Shown piece by piece: positions 1 to 10,403 of a stretch of DNA of 64,000 bases (the first letter of the stretch is position 1; every line of letters starts with the position of its first letter). The notes under the pieces are model-generated. The model saw nothing but the letters and a program-made list of their open reading frames with translations. It ran no database searches and had not been told where the DNA came from. A program made the translations under genes and the position numbers. The DNA comes from Spirochaetaceae bacterium (GTDB lineage Bacteria > Spirochaetota > Leptospiria > Leptospirales > Leptonemataceae). The stretch is taken from positions 36,451 through 100,450 of the forward strand of contig PBUB01000021.1 in NCBI GenBank assembly GCA_002729885.1, read 5' to 3'.

Positions 1-1
1 G

Positions 2-808
2 ATACTGCTCAACCTGGTTGGTAATGCCATCAAGTTCACAGCAGAGGGGGAAATCATTATTCGTTCAGAGGCAACGGAAAGCCAATTAAGCATCTATGTT
101 ATCGACACTGGCATCGGAATCGACGAAGAGGCACAGATAAATCTCTTCCAGCCTTTTACTCAGGCAGACAGCTCCACCACCCGTCGCTATGGAGGAAGCG
201 GCCTGGGCCTGGCCATTTCCCGCCGTCTGGCACGGATCCTGGGAGGCGATATCAAAGTGCAAAGCAAACTCAATGAAGGTAGCTGCTTTATCCTGGAGCT
301 TCCTGTCATTCACTCAAGACAGTCGAATACGACCGTAGAATCGGGACCAGGCAAACCTGAAAGCAGCCTTTCCGATTTGCAGGAATCCAATACAGTGCAA
401 CTGGAGGCACCGGAAATCAACGTACCCTCCCTTGAAGGCATGAAGGTCCTGGTAGTGGAGGATGATCCTGATATTCGCAAGATCGTTCAGCTCTATTTGA
501 CTCGATCGGGTGTTCTGGCAGAAGCCCTGGAGAACGGTAGGCTTGCCCTTCAAAAGTTAATGAGTGATCATGCTCCTTATGACTGTGTGCTGATGGATAT
601 TCAGATGCCGGAGATGGACGGAAAATCAGCGCTTCTGAAGCTGAGAGAAAATGGATATGCTGGACCGGTGGTGGCTATGACCGCTCATGCTCTGAAATCA
701 GAAGTCGCTTCCATCTTGAGCACTGGATTCGATGCCTATCTACCAAAGCCAATCAATCGCAGAATGCTTCATGAAACCCTGAAGAGATATCATCGTCCTT
801 CCCGTTGA
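2..808 (+). CDS. hybrid sensor histidine kinase, C-terminal part (HATPase_c plus receiver domain); 5' end outside window
   Basis: Frame 2 is open from the window edge: ILLNLVGNAIKFT (N box), IDTGIGI (G1), GGSGLGLAISRR (G2). A receiver domain follows: MKVLVVEDDPDIR...CVLMDIQMPEMDG...LPKP. Stop at 806-808. Confidence 0.9.
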   Translation: MLLNLVGNAIKFTAEGEIIIRSEATESQLSIYVIDTGIGIDEEAQINLFQPFTQADSSTTRRYGGSGLGLAISRRLARILGGDIKVQSKLNEGSCFILELPVIHSRQSNTTVESGPGKPESSLSDLQESNTVQLEAPEINVPSLEGMKVLVVEDDPDIRKIVQLYLTRSGVLAEALENGRLALQKLMSDHAPYDCVLMDIQMPEMDGKSALLKLRENGYAGPVVAMTAHALKSEVASILSTGFDAYLPKPINRRMLHETLKRYHRPSR

Positions 809-945
809 AAGGAAATCTGGAATCTAAACTGCCATCAGCGATCCCACCGCGGTCTCCTTCTGGAGGCCAGCTATCAGACCGGACGAGCCGGATTTAGCAT
901 TGGTGATACTTAAATCTTATGAGGTAATCGGCTAAATCGCGATCC

Positions 946-993
946 GCTGCAATTTGAGCCGGCTGCAATTCAAGCCAGCTGCATTTTAAAAGG
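946..993. repeat. 16-bp tandem repeat, 3 imperfect copies
   Basis: GCTGCAATTTGAGCCG / GCTGCAATTCAAGCCA / GCTGCATTTTAAAAGG read directly, in the convergent intergenic gap 809-1037. Confidence 0.8.
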
Positions 994-1037
994 TAGATTT
1001 CCTTGTGCAAATGGCCGGTAGCGATGTGAGTGCAAAT

Positions 1038-2300
1038 CTACGGGCAACCGGTGGTGGTACTGGAACCGCAGGCACAGGCGATGGAGATATCGGTGTTCAT
1101 GGGCATGGAAAAGCGAATTTCGGAGAGTACCTTTTCCGGATAGCCATCATGTATCTCATCGTATCTGCATTGGAGAACATATTCCCCGGGCAGCAATTCG
1201 GTCATTACATTGTCGCCGCCATTTCGCACCGGTGTGGCTGCGATGGGCAACAGATCCCGGTCTTTATTGCAGATGACGGCTCCGGTTTGATCCACGCATT
1301 CATTCGCATAATAAACAGCGTAATAATGGCGGGTACTTTCGGTACCACCGGTAACCTGTATATTTCCGGTATAATCCGGATAGAATAACCTGGCTCTTGT
1401 TAGCGCATTGCCACCCATGTCGAATTGACCGGTATGCTCCACTCTCCAATCGCTGATTCCGACCACAGTAAAATACTCTCCCACAGAATTGGGGAAGCTG
1501 TGTACCATGAGGTTTTCTTTAATGTTCGTGCGAATCTCCAGCACCAGAGAAGCATAGCCGTTGTAGACCTGCATGGAATCCTGCTGTCCCGGATACGTTA
1601 TATGATGCAGAGGAAACCACTGAGGCGGTAGAGCTGCTTTAACCGCCGCATCCACACCGGCATCATAGTTTAATAGAGGGAGAACATCGGCACCGGAAGC
1701 ATCGTTGTTGTCAAATCTACCGATGGGAATAACGCCTTCTAGCTTTGCGAAACCGGTGAAGAAGCTTCGCATAAATACGCCCGCATGGGTATATCCGCCA
1801 GGACCTACATCCCTGGAAGGATAGAGAGCGCCCACTCCATTGAAGTATTCTATATAGTTAACCAGACCACCTGTGTCCAGACAGGAATCGTTGGCGGCTA
1901 TAGTCGCATAAAGCTGACTACAATAGACCTGGCGCGTGGTGGATACTACATCCCAGAAATCCTCTGCATCACGGTCCGAATCAATGTCATAAAGATTGCT
2001 TAAATAGCCTTTGGTGCTGAGGCGAATCTCACCAATGTCCAGAAAGATGGGCAATTGATTATATGCCGGAACACCTGCAGTATCCAGCACTTCTGTGGTA
2101 GGAGCATCGTCGTCCAGAAATAGGGTGTTTCCATTGATCTGTGCAAAATCCAGGGGACGATCGGAAGCATAGGTTCCTTTTAGAATCACCACCATGCGAT
2201 TATTAATGAGGGCAGAAAGCAATGCATCGTCGCCGGAAGAGCATTGAGCGGAGAGCAGCGTGAAGGCTGTAATCAGTAGTATTTTGGCTTTGTTTTTCAT
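1038..2300 (-). CDS. hypothetical lipoprotein (420 aa)
   Basis: Long ORF. N-terminus MKNKAKILLITAFTLLSAQCSSG is a signal peptide with a lipobox Cys. No domain recognised. Lies 43 bp downstream of the beta-barrel gene on the same strand. Confidence 0.7.
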   Translation of the reverse strand: MKNKAKILLITAFTLLSAQCSSGDDALLSALINNRMVVILKGTYASDRPLDFAQINGNTLFLDDDAPTTEVLDTAGVPAYNQLPIFLDIGEIRLSTKGYLSNLYDIDSDRDAEDFWDVVSTTRQVYCSQLYATIAANDSCLDTGGLVNYIEYFNGVGALYPSRDVGPGGYTHAGVFMRSFFTGFAKLEGVIPIGRFDNNDASGADVLPLLNYDAGVDAAVKAALPPQWFPLHHITYPGQQDSMQVYNGYASLVLEIRTNIKENLMVHSFPNSVGEYFTVVGISDWRVEHTGQFDMGGNALTRARLFYPDYTGNIQVTGGTESTRHYYAVYYANECVDQTGAVICNKDRDLLPIAATPVRNGGDNVMTELLPGEYVLQCRYDEIHDGYPEKVLSEIRFSMPMNTDISIACACGSSTTTGCP

Positions 2301-2342
2301 ACAATGTTTCGCGAATCTATTCGCCCTCCGGAGAAGGTACTC

Positions 2343-2972
2343 TTAGAATATGAAGCTCACCATCAATCCAAAGTGATAGAAACCACCATCTCTCAGTTCA
2401 TAGGTCCGGTTTTCCAGATACCTGGCGTTGGTAGTGCCCGGATACAGATAACCGATGCGAGCTTCCAGAGGAGGACGACGATGACTGTCCAGAATATAGT
2501 TCGCATCCAGCCGCAGTCCCACTCTCAATTTTCGAGAGGCCAGAAGAGACATCTCCAGCCCACCGAACAGCATGGGGTCCCAGCCATGAAGGTTTTGAGG
2601 TCGCACTTCCAGATAGGCGGCCCCCCCTCCCAGTTTGGCCATGATCTGCAATCGGAACGGCAGGGGCAGTGGATAGACCAGAGCACCGTACACCGGTGCC
2701 GATACCAGGAGCTGAGTAGTTTGAGAAAAATAGGTAGTATAGGACAGACCAAATTCGGTATAAAAAATCCAGGGCCAGTTTACTCTATAGAACATTCCGC
2801 CCCCTACATTGGAGTCCAGAACGTCATCATAAGGAGTGGAAGGAAACGGAAATGATCCGCCCAGCCAAACACCTATTTCATGCTTGAGGTTGTCCGATTC
2901 CCGGGCCTGAAGACCTGCCGGAATAGCCAGAGACATAAGAAGTATGGCGCATAGGATTCGTCGCACAGTCAA
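2343..2972 (-). CDS. small outer-membrane beta-barrel protein (OmpW/OmpA-barrel-like)
   Basis: Signal peptide MTVRRILCAILLMSLAIPAGLQA. Alternating hydrophobic/aromatic strands. Ends in ...GLMVSFIF with a C-terminal Phe, typical of OMPs. Confidence 0.65.
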   Translation of the reverse strand: MTVRRILCAILLMSLAIPAGLQARESDNLKHEIGVWLGGSFPFPSTPYDDVLDSNVGGGMFYRVNWPWIFYTEFGLSYTTYFSQTTQLLVSAPVYGALVYPLPLPFRLQIMAKLGGGAAYLEVRPQNLHGWDPMLFGGLEMSLLASRKLRVGLRLDANYILDSHRRPPLEARIGYLYPGTTNARYLENRTYELRDGGFYHFGLMVSFIF

Positions 2973-3014
2973 TAGAACAGGTCAAAGAAGCCTGATTTGC
3001 GGTCCATCGGAATT

Positions 3015-3842
3015 TCATACTGAATTGCTTCTAAACCGCGGGTACCGGGCCAGAGTCTTGAGACCGGCCCGCTCCATTTCCGGAGATTCCGGGTAGTAAG
3101 CTGCGCGAAAATAAAGGCCCTGGGGAGGAGCCGTTTTTCCTGCCCGGGTTCTGTCTCTGGATATCAGAATATCCTTCAAGCGATCAGCCCTTTCATCCGC
3201 CGGCCAATCCTCTGCAAGCATCATCAAAGTTCCGACCATGATTCGAATCATATTGTGCAGAAAGGCATTCCCTCGCACTCGAAATGACAACAGGGACTCC
3301 CCGCTTAACAGGTCTACTTTCTCGTCCAGTTCCACCAGATCCAGATAACGCCTGGTTCCGGCCTCAAGGTACTGGGGTCGGGTGAATGCGCCAAAATCCT
3401 GCTCTCCCTGAAGCACCGGAAGCATGTCCTGAAATTCCCGGGCCGGCGGAGCGGAAGTCCTGTGCCACACTCGACCGCGAAGGAAGGGATTCCAGCCCGG
3501 ACTACTGGAAATCAGATATTCATATTGGCGTGCGATGCAGCTAAATCTCGGATGAAAGCCCTCCGGAGCAGGTCGAACATCCAGCACCGTCAATTCATCG
3601 GGAGTAAGGGCATTCAGGGATGGCAGAAGACGAGGCCGAATCTCGGGAACTTCGAATGAGATCACCTGCCCTGTTGCATGGACCCCTGCATCGGTTCTGC
3701 CTGCACAGTGAATGATGCATCTACTTTTGTAAAGAACACGGAGTGCTTCCTCCAGATGGGACTGGACTGTAGGAACATCCTTCTGAAGCTGAAATCCAGC
3801 AAAGGAGCTACCTTCATAGGCCACTGTGGCAGCAAGAATCAT
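3015..3842 (-). CDS. truA: tRNA pseudouridine(38-40) synthase TruA
   Basis: N-terminus ...VAYEGSSFAGFQLQ...CAGRTDAGVHATGQV carries the catalytic Asp motif RTDAGVHA. Also LHNMIRIMVG. Length 275 aa. Confidence 0.9.
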   Translation of the reverse strand: MILAATVAYEGSSFAGFQLQKDVPTVQSHLEEALRVLYKSRCIIHCAGRTDAGVHATGQVISFEVPEIRPRLLPSLNALTPDELTVLDVRPAPEGFHPRFSCIARQYEYLISSSPGWNPFLRGRVWHRTSAPPAREFQDMLPVLQGEQDFGAFTRPQYLEAGTRRYLDLVELDEKVDLLSGESLLSFRVRGNAFLHNMIRIMVGTLMMLAEDWPADERADRLKDILISRDRTRAGKTAPPQGLYFRAAYYPESPEMERAGLKTLARYPRFRSNSV

Positions 3843-3921
3843 GTTTTGATGAAACTGGGGTGAACCCAGTTAGATCGATGGTTGATTTGAATCCTGGTCC
3901 GAATCATGGCCACCAGACAAT

Positions 3922-4821
3922 TTAGCTGCTGGCGCCGGTTTCTGCGGGCTCGCCTGTGAGAGATTCCAGCCTTTCCGAGATCTCTTCGTAAAGATCTTTG
4001 GCCATATCCATCAGAACCGATGGTTTGCTCTTGGATGCTTTTCCCATACCGTATAGTTTGCCCAGGTGCCGCTTGCAGAGATCCAGTAGCTTAACCTGCT
4101 CTTCGTGATCTTTGGTGACGAAGTCCAGATATTTGTTGGTAAGATATCCGTTCAGATAAACCACCCCATCAAAGCCCCAGTTATTGTCTGTATCCGGACC
4201 CAGCAAATTGATGAATTGCTCATGGGGCTCGCTACCTGTGGACATGATTTCCAGTGTTGGCTGATAGTATCGCACGGCTTTCGTATACATGAAGTCACGA
4301 ATCTTGTCGAATCCCATGCCCGGAAACTCTTCATCCATATCATGAAGTAGCCAGGCAGCGCGAAGAGAACAGATTCCCTTCTTGGGAGTAGGCGCAACAT
4401 TGAAGCCCCGGTGCTGATAGCAGTCCACAGCCAGAAGATAGGAGGCCGCACCCAGCACCAGATTTCTGTTTTCATTGAAATCCACCGGACCAACAATCTT
4501 TTCAATACCGGTGCGCCGCTGAAGCGTGGCCTTCTTCAAGCTTTCGATTTCGTCTGCCTGCAGCTGGTTAAAATCCTTGGGAAAAGATGAAAAAAGGCAC
4601 TGGGGACAGGTCACAATCTGATAGGCCTGAGGATAGACCCGGCCATACTTCTTAGAAATATCATAAAGCCTTCGCAGTTCTGCAGTTAGCTTGCCTGCAA
4701 TCAATCGCCCTCCTCCGGAGTGGAGCTGCTCGATCTGAAATTCATGATGGCAGAGTGGACACTTGGTGATGTCCTTGGATTTATACGAAATGGACTTAAC
4801 TCTTTGATCCTTGCCGCGCAT
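3922..4821 (-). CDS. DUF2225-family protein (zinc-ribbon plus helical domain)
   Basis: CPLCHHEF...GGGRLIAG...VTCPQCLFSSF is a split zinc ribbon flanking the GGGRL box typical of DUF2225. Length 299 aa. Confidence 0.6.
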   Translation of the reverse strand: MRGKDQRVKSISYKSKDITKCPLCHHEFQIEQLHSGGGRLIAGKLTAELRRLYDISKKYGRVYPQAYQIVTCPQCLFSSFPKDFNQLQADEIESLKKATLQRRTGIEKIVGPVDFNENRNLVLGAASYLLAVDCYQHRGFNVAPTPKKGICSLRAAWLLHDMDEEFPGMGFDKIRDFMYTKAVRYYQPTLEIMSTGSEPHEQFINLLGPDTDNNWGFDGVVYLNGYLTNKYLDFVTKDHEEQVKLLDLCKRHLGKLYGMGKASKSKPSVLMDMAKDLYEEISERLESLTGEPAETGASS

Positions 4822-5115
4822 ACACTTCTAGTCCTAATATCGGCATCTAAAAATGCTACAAAAAAATAGCCGGGGAAAGTCTCGAGGGCAATACAAGATT
4901 TGGGGTGAGGATCATATGACGGACGATTCCCTGAATGAGGAACTGGATTCCGGGCAGAAGAATTGAGCCAGGATTTGGAGGCCTTTTTTCCAGCATTTTA
5001 GGGACATAATTCAGTCTGCCTGGTTGCGATTTCTTGATTGCATGGTTTTTTTCCGCATGGGTACTGTCAGGTTGGCCTTATGAATCACCGATACATGTAG
5101 AGACTATTCAGGGGA

Positions 5116-6225
5116 ATGGATATTATGAACCGCAAAGGAATTGCATTTGGATTGGCGCTCATCCTGCTCAGCACAGGATACACTGGAGCCGAATCTGTGG
5201 GCGAAAAAGCCTACAATAAGAGAAATGAGCTGATTATATATTTGCGCAAGCTCCGTCCGATGGCGTATAATTTTCCATGCGAGCCGCTGCCGGAATGTAT
5301 GCCGCAAGACATCAATCAGCAGCGTAGAGAGCCAGGTAAAAACGTTACCGTGTATCGGGACATTAAGAGAATTTACCAGGAAGGCCTGATCTATCTGTTC
5401 GAGAGAAATTATGTAAATTCTTATAGCCGTTTCCTGGAAGCCCAGGCTCGCCTGGACAAGCTTCTGGAAGATATGTCTCAGCAATACATTGATCGCACGG
5501 AAGTGATGATTCGAGAAGCCATTGAACGTCAAAATCCAAATGATCCAAGAGATACCTCTGTAGTAGATATTTCCATCGATTATGGTCCCAACTCCAAGCT
5601 GCGAAGAGATTTTGACCAGGATCGGGAGATCCCGGTGGATGTGCGCAGGTACGATCCCAGGAACTACCATTATGCGATGAATAAATATCGCATTGAAGCC
5701 AACATGAAAAAGGGCTACGAAATGCTGGGACTGGCCAAGGAGGCCCGTCTACGAGCGGTTCAGATCGGTCAGGATCTGCCAGAGGGAAGGCAGCTTTCTC
5801 CGGACCAGCTACAGAAGCGAATCAAGGGATACATGGATTCCATCGAGCTGGCTCGTCAGGCAAAGCTAAATGCAGAGTTTATATTCGCTTTGAAGTATCC
5901 TTATAAGAACTATTACATGCTCAATCCCACGGGAAAGACAGAGAAAATCGACCAGGAAAATGGCGAAATTCCCACTATTCATGGAATCAAAATGAACTGG
6001 TCCAAGAATCCATACGCTTTTCCCAAAGAACTACATCCTCTGTTCGATTTGAGAGTCCCTCAGAAATGGCACAGGGATCTGGTAGATGCTCGCGAAAAGC
6101 GATTCGATGATGAAATTGATGTGCATCTGCGATTTCGCTACCATAAGGATGGCGAAGAGCCTGTGGAAATCATGGAAGATCCGCAGGGTCAAAACCTACA
6201 GGACGGACGGGATCCGGGACTGTAA
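5116..6225 (+). CDS. hypothetical secreted protein (369 aa)
   Basis: Signal peptide ...RKGIAFGLALILLSTGYTGAES, then a charged helical protein. A terminator follows. The start could also be the ATG at 5125. Confidence 0.65.
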   Translation: MDIMNRKGIAFGLALILLSTGYTGAESVGEKAYNKRNELIIYLRKLRPMAYNFPCEPLPECMPQDINQQRREPGKNVTVYRDIKRIYQEGLIYLFERNYVNSYSRFLEAQARLDKLLEDMSQQYIDRTEVMIREAIERQNPNDPRDTSVVDISIDYGPNSKLRRDFDQDREIPVDVRRYDPRNYHYAMNKYRIEANMKKGYEMLGLAKEARLRAVQIGQDLPEGRQLSPDQLQKRIKGYMDSIELARQAKLNAEFIFALKYPYKNYYMLNPTGKTEKIDQENGEIPTIHGIKMNWSKNPYAFPKELHPLFDLRVPQKWHRDLVDAREKRFDDEIDVHLRFRYHKDGEEPVEIMEDPQGQNLQDGRDPGL

Positions 6226-6288
6226 ATCGCCGCAGTAAAAACCCCTGGATGATAGTCCTTCGAGGAATTGGGCCTGCTCTGGGCCCAG

Positions 6289-6316
6289 AAAAGCCGGCCC
6301 ATGGGTCGGCTTTTTT
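6289..6316 (+). terminator. rho-independent terminator
   Basis: AAAAGCCGG-CCCATGG-GTCGGCTTTTTT hairpin plus T-run, 64 nt after the stop at 6225. Confidence 0.6.
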
Positions 6317-6511
6317 GCTGATATGCATCGAAAGACTACCCGGTGAGTAGATCAGAAAACAATCGGGCAGTGTAAGTACTTTCCGGTATGAATTGGCCGG
6401 TGGAATCCTGATTAAGTGAGTATCGCCACGATAAGCCCAGTCTACGCTTCGCCTTTTCCAGTGACATTCGGCCGTATCCCGGCCCCCATTCACCATCGAC
6501 TCAAAGCATCA

Positions 6512-6542
6512 TAAAAAAGGGGCCGATTGCTCGACCCCTTTT
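6512..6542 (-). terminator. rho-independent terminator (minus strand)
   Basis: GGGGCCGA-TTGC-TCGACCCC hairpin. The plus-strand A6 run at 6513-6518 gives a U-tract on the minus strand, about 40 nt after the stop at 6582. Confidence 0.55.
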
Positions 6543-6581
6543 GCAGAATTTGCCGATACATCGGACATCTGTTTTTTTGAA

Positions 6582-7649
6582 TTATGCTGCTTTGGACTTT
6601 CTGCCTTTGGCAATGAACAGAATCGCCACGATTGCCAGAACAAAAAGCAAGAGCACAAGCCACCAGTATTCGATGAGCAGGAAGGTAATTCCCATTGCTA
6701 CGAATGCGAATGCGAAGAATACGAATCGGATCAGACCGGCTCCGAAATCTCCGATGATTGGAATAAACTCGATCAGAGTTAACAGAGGTCCTACCAGCAG
6801 ACTGAGACCGCCACCCAGGCACAGCACCGCTGCACCGAACAGAATCCAGGTCCACATAGTATCTTCAGACGCTTTTGCAGACATTACAGTTTGGTAATCC
6901 CCTGCACCAACTAGAAGGAAATCTTTGAAAGGCTCAAAGGAACTTCCTTCCAGCATTCCCACGACAGTATGCTCTGCAGCCGGATCATACGCAGTTCCAG
7001 AATAGGAGAACCTTTCGCAACCTACAGTAGGGCTGCTGGCGCATGCATCGTTTTCGTAGAATTTTCCATCGCTGAACGGATAGGCTCCGATCATATCTGC
7101 TTCCGTAATAGAAACGGAGGGCATCCCAACATAATCACGGTCCTTTTTACTGATGGAGTATGTGGTTCCGCTCACTTCCAGAGATGGATCTACAGATGCA
7201 CTGTAATCCGGAATGGCAAAAGCCGGGTTCACTCGCCCCTCTTTGGCGCATTGCTTTCCGTCCGCAGAGGATTGAGGATTGCTCAGCCAGTCGGTCTCGC
7301 AAACATAGTATTTCTCGGTTTTTTCTCCGACTTTTCTGGACTTCTCTACGTTCTTGTAGCCATACATCTCACGACTCTTGTTTAGAGTCAGAAAGTTTCC
7401 GGGCTTAACTACTCCTGGCTCACCCAGGGCAGGCGCCTTCAAAGTTCCGCTGGAATAAACCGCTTTTCCTTCATCTTTAGCTTTTGCGATCTCTTCAACC
7501 TTGAAAGCTCCGGCCAGCTCCTCAGAAGCCTGGTCGCGCTGGGAAGCATACCATACAACTACAAAGCTTGCTGGAATCAGTACCAGACCAAGCAGCACTC
7601 CCATTACGGAGTTCTTTAATTTATCTAACGCGCCTTCCTCTTCGGCCAT
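6582..7649 (-). CDS. integral membrane protein with one N-terminal and several C-terminal TM helices (TMEM43/DUF1625-like topology, tentative)
   Basis: AGGAG lies 6 nt upstream of the ATG at 7649, so the longer ORF to 7763 is unlikely. N-terminal TM VMGVLLGLVLIPASFVVVWY, a large middle domain, and a C-terminal hydrophobic block ...WILFGAAVLCLGGGLSLLVGPLLTLIEFIPIIGDFGAGLIRFVFFAFAFVAMG... Confidence 0.55.
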   Translation of the reverse strand: MAEEEGALDKLKNSVMGVLLGLVLIPASFVVVWYASQRDQASEELAGAFKVEEIAKAKDEGKAVYSSGTLKAPALGEPGVVKPGNFLTLNKSREMYGYKNVEKSRKVGEKTEKYYVCETDWLSNPQSSADGKQCAKEGRVNPAFAIPDYSASVDPSLEVSGTTYSISKKDRDYVGMPSVSITEADMIGAYPFSDGKFYENDACASSPTVGCERFSYSGTAYDPAAEHTVVGMLEGSSFEPFKDFLLVGAGDYQTVMSAKASEDTMWTWILFGAAVLCLGGGLSLLVGPLLTLIEFIPIIGDFGAGLIRFVFFAFAFVAMGITFLLIEYWWLVLLLFVLAIVAILFIAKGRKSKAA

Positions 7650-7880
7650 ATAAATCTCCTTCTTACTCGTCTTCCATCGGCGCTCTAACGCGCGATGAGT
7701 AATATTAGCTTTTGTCCAGGATTCTGGACCTGGCTCATTATAGACATGGATTCTGAATTGCAACCGAAATCCGGTTTTCGTTCATCAGGTGTGACTCTCA
7801 TCGAGACAATGTCCGAATTATCCAGGAATCATCATGAATCTCTGAATTAGCCGACGGATTGTTACAGAATGGGGGAAAGG

Positions 7881-7908
7881 ATACCGCCCGGGATGCACCG
7901 GGCGGTAT
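7881..7908 (-). terminator. perfect 11-bp hairpin downstream of lon (terminator-like, weak U-tract)
   Basis: ATACCGCCCGG-gatgca-CCGGGCGGTAT, about 100 nt past the lon stop. Confidence 0.35.
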
Positions 7909-8006
7909 TGAAATCGCGGCTATGTAGTTTGATACAGGACCTACCCAGCAACAACTGGGATCCCGGACTCCCCACGCAAGGCCGCAGACCGCGCGCGGTG
8001 GATTGT

Positions 8007-10403
8007 TTACCAGCCTTCCCGATCCGGAAATTCGGGGGATGGCTCCTGGAGCGCATTCTGAACCAGATCCATCATGGAAGAGTAAAATCGAGCATTCAGC
8101 CCTTCTCGAACGTGTTCTGGCAGCTCTTCGTAGTCCGGTCGATTCTTCTCCGGCAGAAATACATTGCTGATTCCTGCAGTCCGGGCAGCCAGAACCTTCT
8201 CCTTGATCCCTCCAACAGGAAGTACCCTTCCTCTCAACGAGATTTCGCCAGTCATAGCAAGATCATCCTTCAGCGGTCGATTGGTAAACAGACTGGTGAG
8301 AGCTGTGAGAAGAGTAACCCCGGCCGACGGGCCATCCTTGGGAGTAGCTCCGCTGGGGATATGAACATGCAGATCCTTATGCTTGAGACTTTGAGGATCA
8401 ATTCCCAGTTCTTTCGCATGAGCCTTGAGAAAAGATAGGGCCGCCAGAGCGGATTCCTTCATTACATCGCCCAGCTGTCCGGAAAGTCGAAGCTCTCCTT
8501 TTCCTTCATAGCCAGTTGCTTCAATGTAGAGAATATCTCCGCCTACCGGAGTCCAGGCAAGTCCGATGGCCACACCGGGCGCTCTGGTATCCTCTTTGAT
8601 ATCGCGAATGAATCGATCTCGACCCAGATGCTCCTGAACTTCATCGCGACCGAATACTTGAGATGACTCATCCTGCGGATTTTCATGAATCTTCAGCACC
8701 GCCTTTCGAGCCAGAGACTCCAGCTTTCGCTTGAGCGTACGAACACCTGCTTCCCGTGTATGATTCTCGATTACCCGGCGAATGGCCTCATCCTGGATTT
8801 GAACCTTGCCATCCTGCAGTTTGAGGTCTGTCAGAATCTTCGGGAGCAAGTGCTTCTTCGCAATCGCTTCCTTTTCTGCCAGGGTATATCCAGAAAGGGT
8901 TACCACCTCCATGCGATCCAATAGAGGTGCCGGGATGGTTTCCAGGCTATTCGCGGTACAAATGAACAGTGCACGAGAAAGATCATAAGAAAGACCCAGA
9001 TAATGGTCTTCGAAATGACTGTTCTGCTCCGGATCCAGCACTTCAAGCAGAGCTGCCGATGGATCTCCATGATAGGAAGCACCGGTCTTATCGATCTCAT
9101 CCAGCAAAAATACAGGATCTCTTGTGCGAGCCTTCTTCATAGCGGCCAGAATCTTTCCTGGAAGAGCGCCTACGTAAGTTCTTCTATGGCCACGAATCTC
9201 TGCTTCATCCCGTACTCCGCCCAGAGCGGCGCGCACCAGAGGTCTTTCCATAGAACGGGCCACGGACCGTGCCAGGGATGTCTTACCCACTCCCGGAGGG
9301 CCCACAAGACATAGAATGGGTGCGCGAAATCCACCGGTTTGTTTTTCCACGGCAAGGTGTTCCAGGATTCGCTTCTTAACTTCTTCTAGACCCTCATGGT
9401 CTTCTTCCAGGGCGGCGCTGGATTTTTCCAGATCGATGGGCCGCGGCTCTGGATCCTCCCAGGGTAGATCATTCACCAGTTCAAGCCAGTTGCGAATCTG
9501 GCCGGATTCCATGGTGCCGGACTGAGGACCATCTTGAAGTCTGCGATAGCGACTGAGTTCTTTATTTACCTGCTTGCGTACCTCTTCCGGCAGCCATTTT
9601 TCTCTGAGCTGATTTTCCAATTCATCGTCATCGCCGCCATCTTCTTCGCCCAGTTCTTTGCGAATCGTTTCCAGTTGCTTGCGAAGATAGAATTCCCGCT
9701 GCATTTTGGAGGTATCCTGTTCTACCTTTTTGCGCACCTCATTTTCCATCTTCAGTCGCTGGGTTTCTTCCACCAGATAAGACTGCACTGTTTCCAGCTT
9801 TTCCTTGATAGAACTGATTCGCAGCGCCTGAATCTTTTCTTCTGCAGGCTTTTGCGAAAAGAAAAGTACCTGATTGGCCAGAGCGCTGGGATTGGATAAC
9901 TTTCGCACAAAGGTAGCGATTTCATCGGGAATGCCAGGATGGCTTTCTACATATCCCAGAACATGGGCTTTGAACTCCTGGAATTGTTCATCGCTATAAT
10001 CTTTGATTTCTCCCAGGGCCGAGATCCGTCCGGTAAGATAGGGCTCCTCACCGGTAATTCGATTCAGTTCTATTTTCTGAATGCCCTGTAGAAGTACCTG
10101 ATAGCCGCCTTCGCTCATGGGCATCACCTTGTGAATCTCTGCCAGAACTCCGGTGCTGTACAGATCCTTCTGTTCGATCTGTTCTACATCTGCGGATTTC
10201 TGAGTGAACAGGGCTACCAGAGCGCCCGGCTTGCCCAGCTGCTCTACCAATTCCAGGGTTCCGGCTCGACCCACAAAGATTGGCAGTATGACTCCAGGAA
10301 ATACCAGTGCATTTCTTAGAGGAATAATGGGTGCCTCAAAAGGCACATCCTCGGTTTTGATTTCTGTTATGTTTTGATCTGCGTATCGAATCACTGATTC
10401 CAT
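8007..10403 (-). CDS. lon: ATP-dependent Lon protease (LonA type)
   Basis: 798 aa. N-terminal LON domain (IPLRNALVFPGVILPIFVGR), Walker A GPPGVGKTS, Walker B FLLDEIDK, and the S16 protease motif PKDGPSAGVT with the catalytic Ser. Confidence 0.97.
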   Translation of the reverse strand: MESVIRYADQNITEIKTEDVPFEAPIIPLRNALVFPGVILPIFVGRAGTLELVEQLGKPGALVALFTQKSADVEQIEQKDLYSTGVLAEIHKVMPMSEGGYQVLLQGIQKIELNRITGEEPYLTGRISALGEIKDYSDEQFQEFKAHVLGYVESHPGIPDEIATFVRKLSNPSALANQVLFFSQKPAEEKIQALRISSIKEKLETVQSYLVEETQRLKMENEVRKKVEQDTSKMQREFYLRKQLETIRKELGEEDGGDDDELENQLREKWLPEEVRKQVNKELSRYRRLQDGPQSGTMESGQIRNWLELVNDLPWEDPEPRPIDLEKSSAALEEDHEGLEEVKKRILEHLAVEKQTGGFRAPILCLVGPPGVGKTSLARSVARSMERPLVRAALGGVRDEAEIRGHRRTYVGALPGKILAAMKKARTRDPVFLLDEIDKTGASYHGDPSAALLEVLDPEQNSHFEDHYLGLSYDLSRALFICTANSLETIPAPLLDRMEVVTLSGYTLAEKEAIAKKHLLPKILTDLKLQDGKVQIQDEAIRRVIENHTREAGVRTLKRKLESLARKAVLKIHENPQDESSQVFGRDEVQEHLGRDRFIRDIKEDTRAPGVAIGLAWTPVGGDILYIEATGYEGKGELRLSGQLGDVMKESALAALSFLKAHAKELGIDPQSLKHKDLHVHIPSGATPKDGPSAGVTLLTALTSLFTNRPLKDDLAMTGEISLRGRVLPVGGIKEKVLAARTAGISNVFLPEKNRPDYEELPEHVREGLNARFYSSMMDLVQNALQEPSPEFPDREGW

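Noticed and set aside
2621-2627. C7 (G7 on the coding strand) homopolymer inside the beta-barrel gene, considered as a phase-variation tract
   Set aside because: It is short for slipped-strand switching and simply encodes the Gly run in KLGGGAAY. There is no evidence of variability from a single sequence.
5104-5670. 188-aa minus-strand ORF
   Set aside because: It is antisense to the secreted-protein gene 5116-6225, which has a signal peptide and a terminator. The ORF has no independent support.
8007-10403. Lon protease as a possible defence-island (BrxL-like) component
   Set aside because: It has full LonA architecture (LON N-domain, AAA+ and S16 protease with PKDGPSAG) in a housekeeping context. 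No BREX, restriction-modification or other defence genes are nearby.
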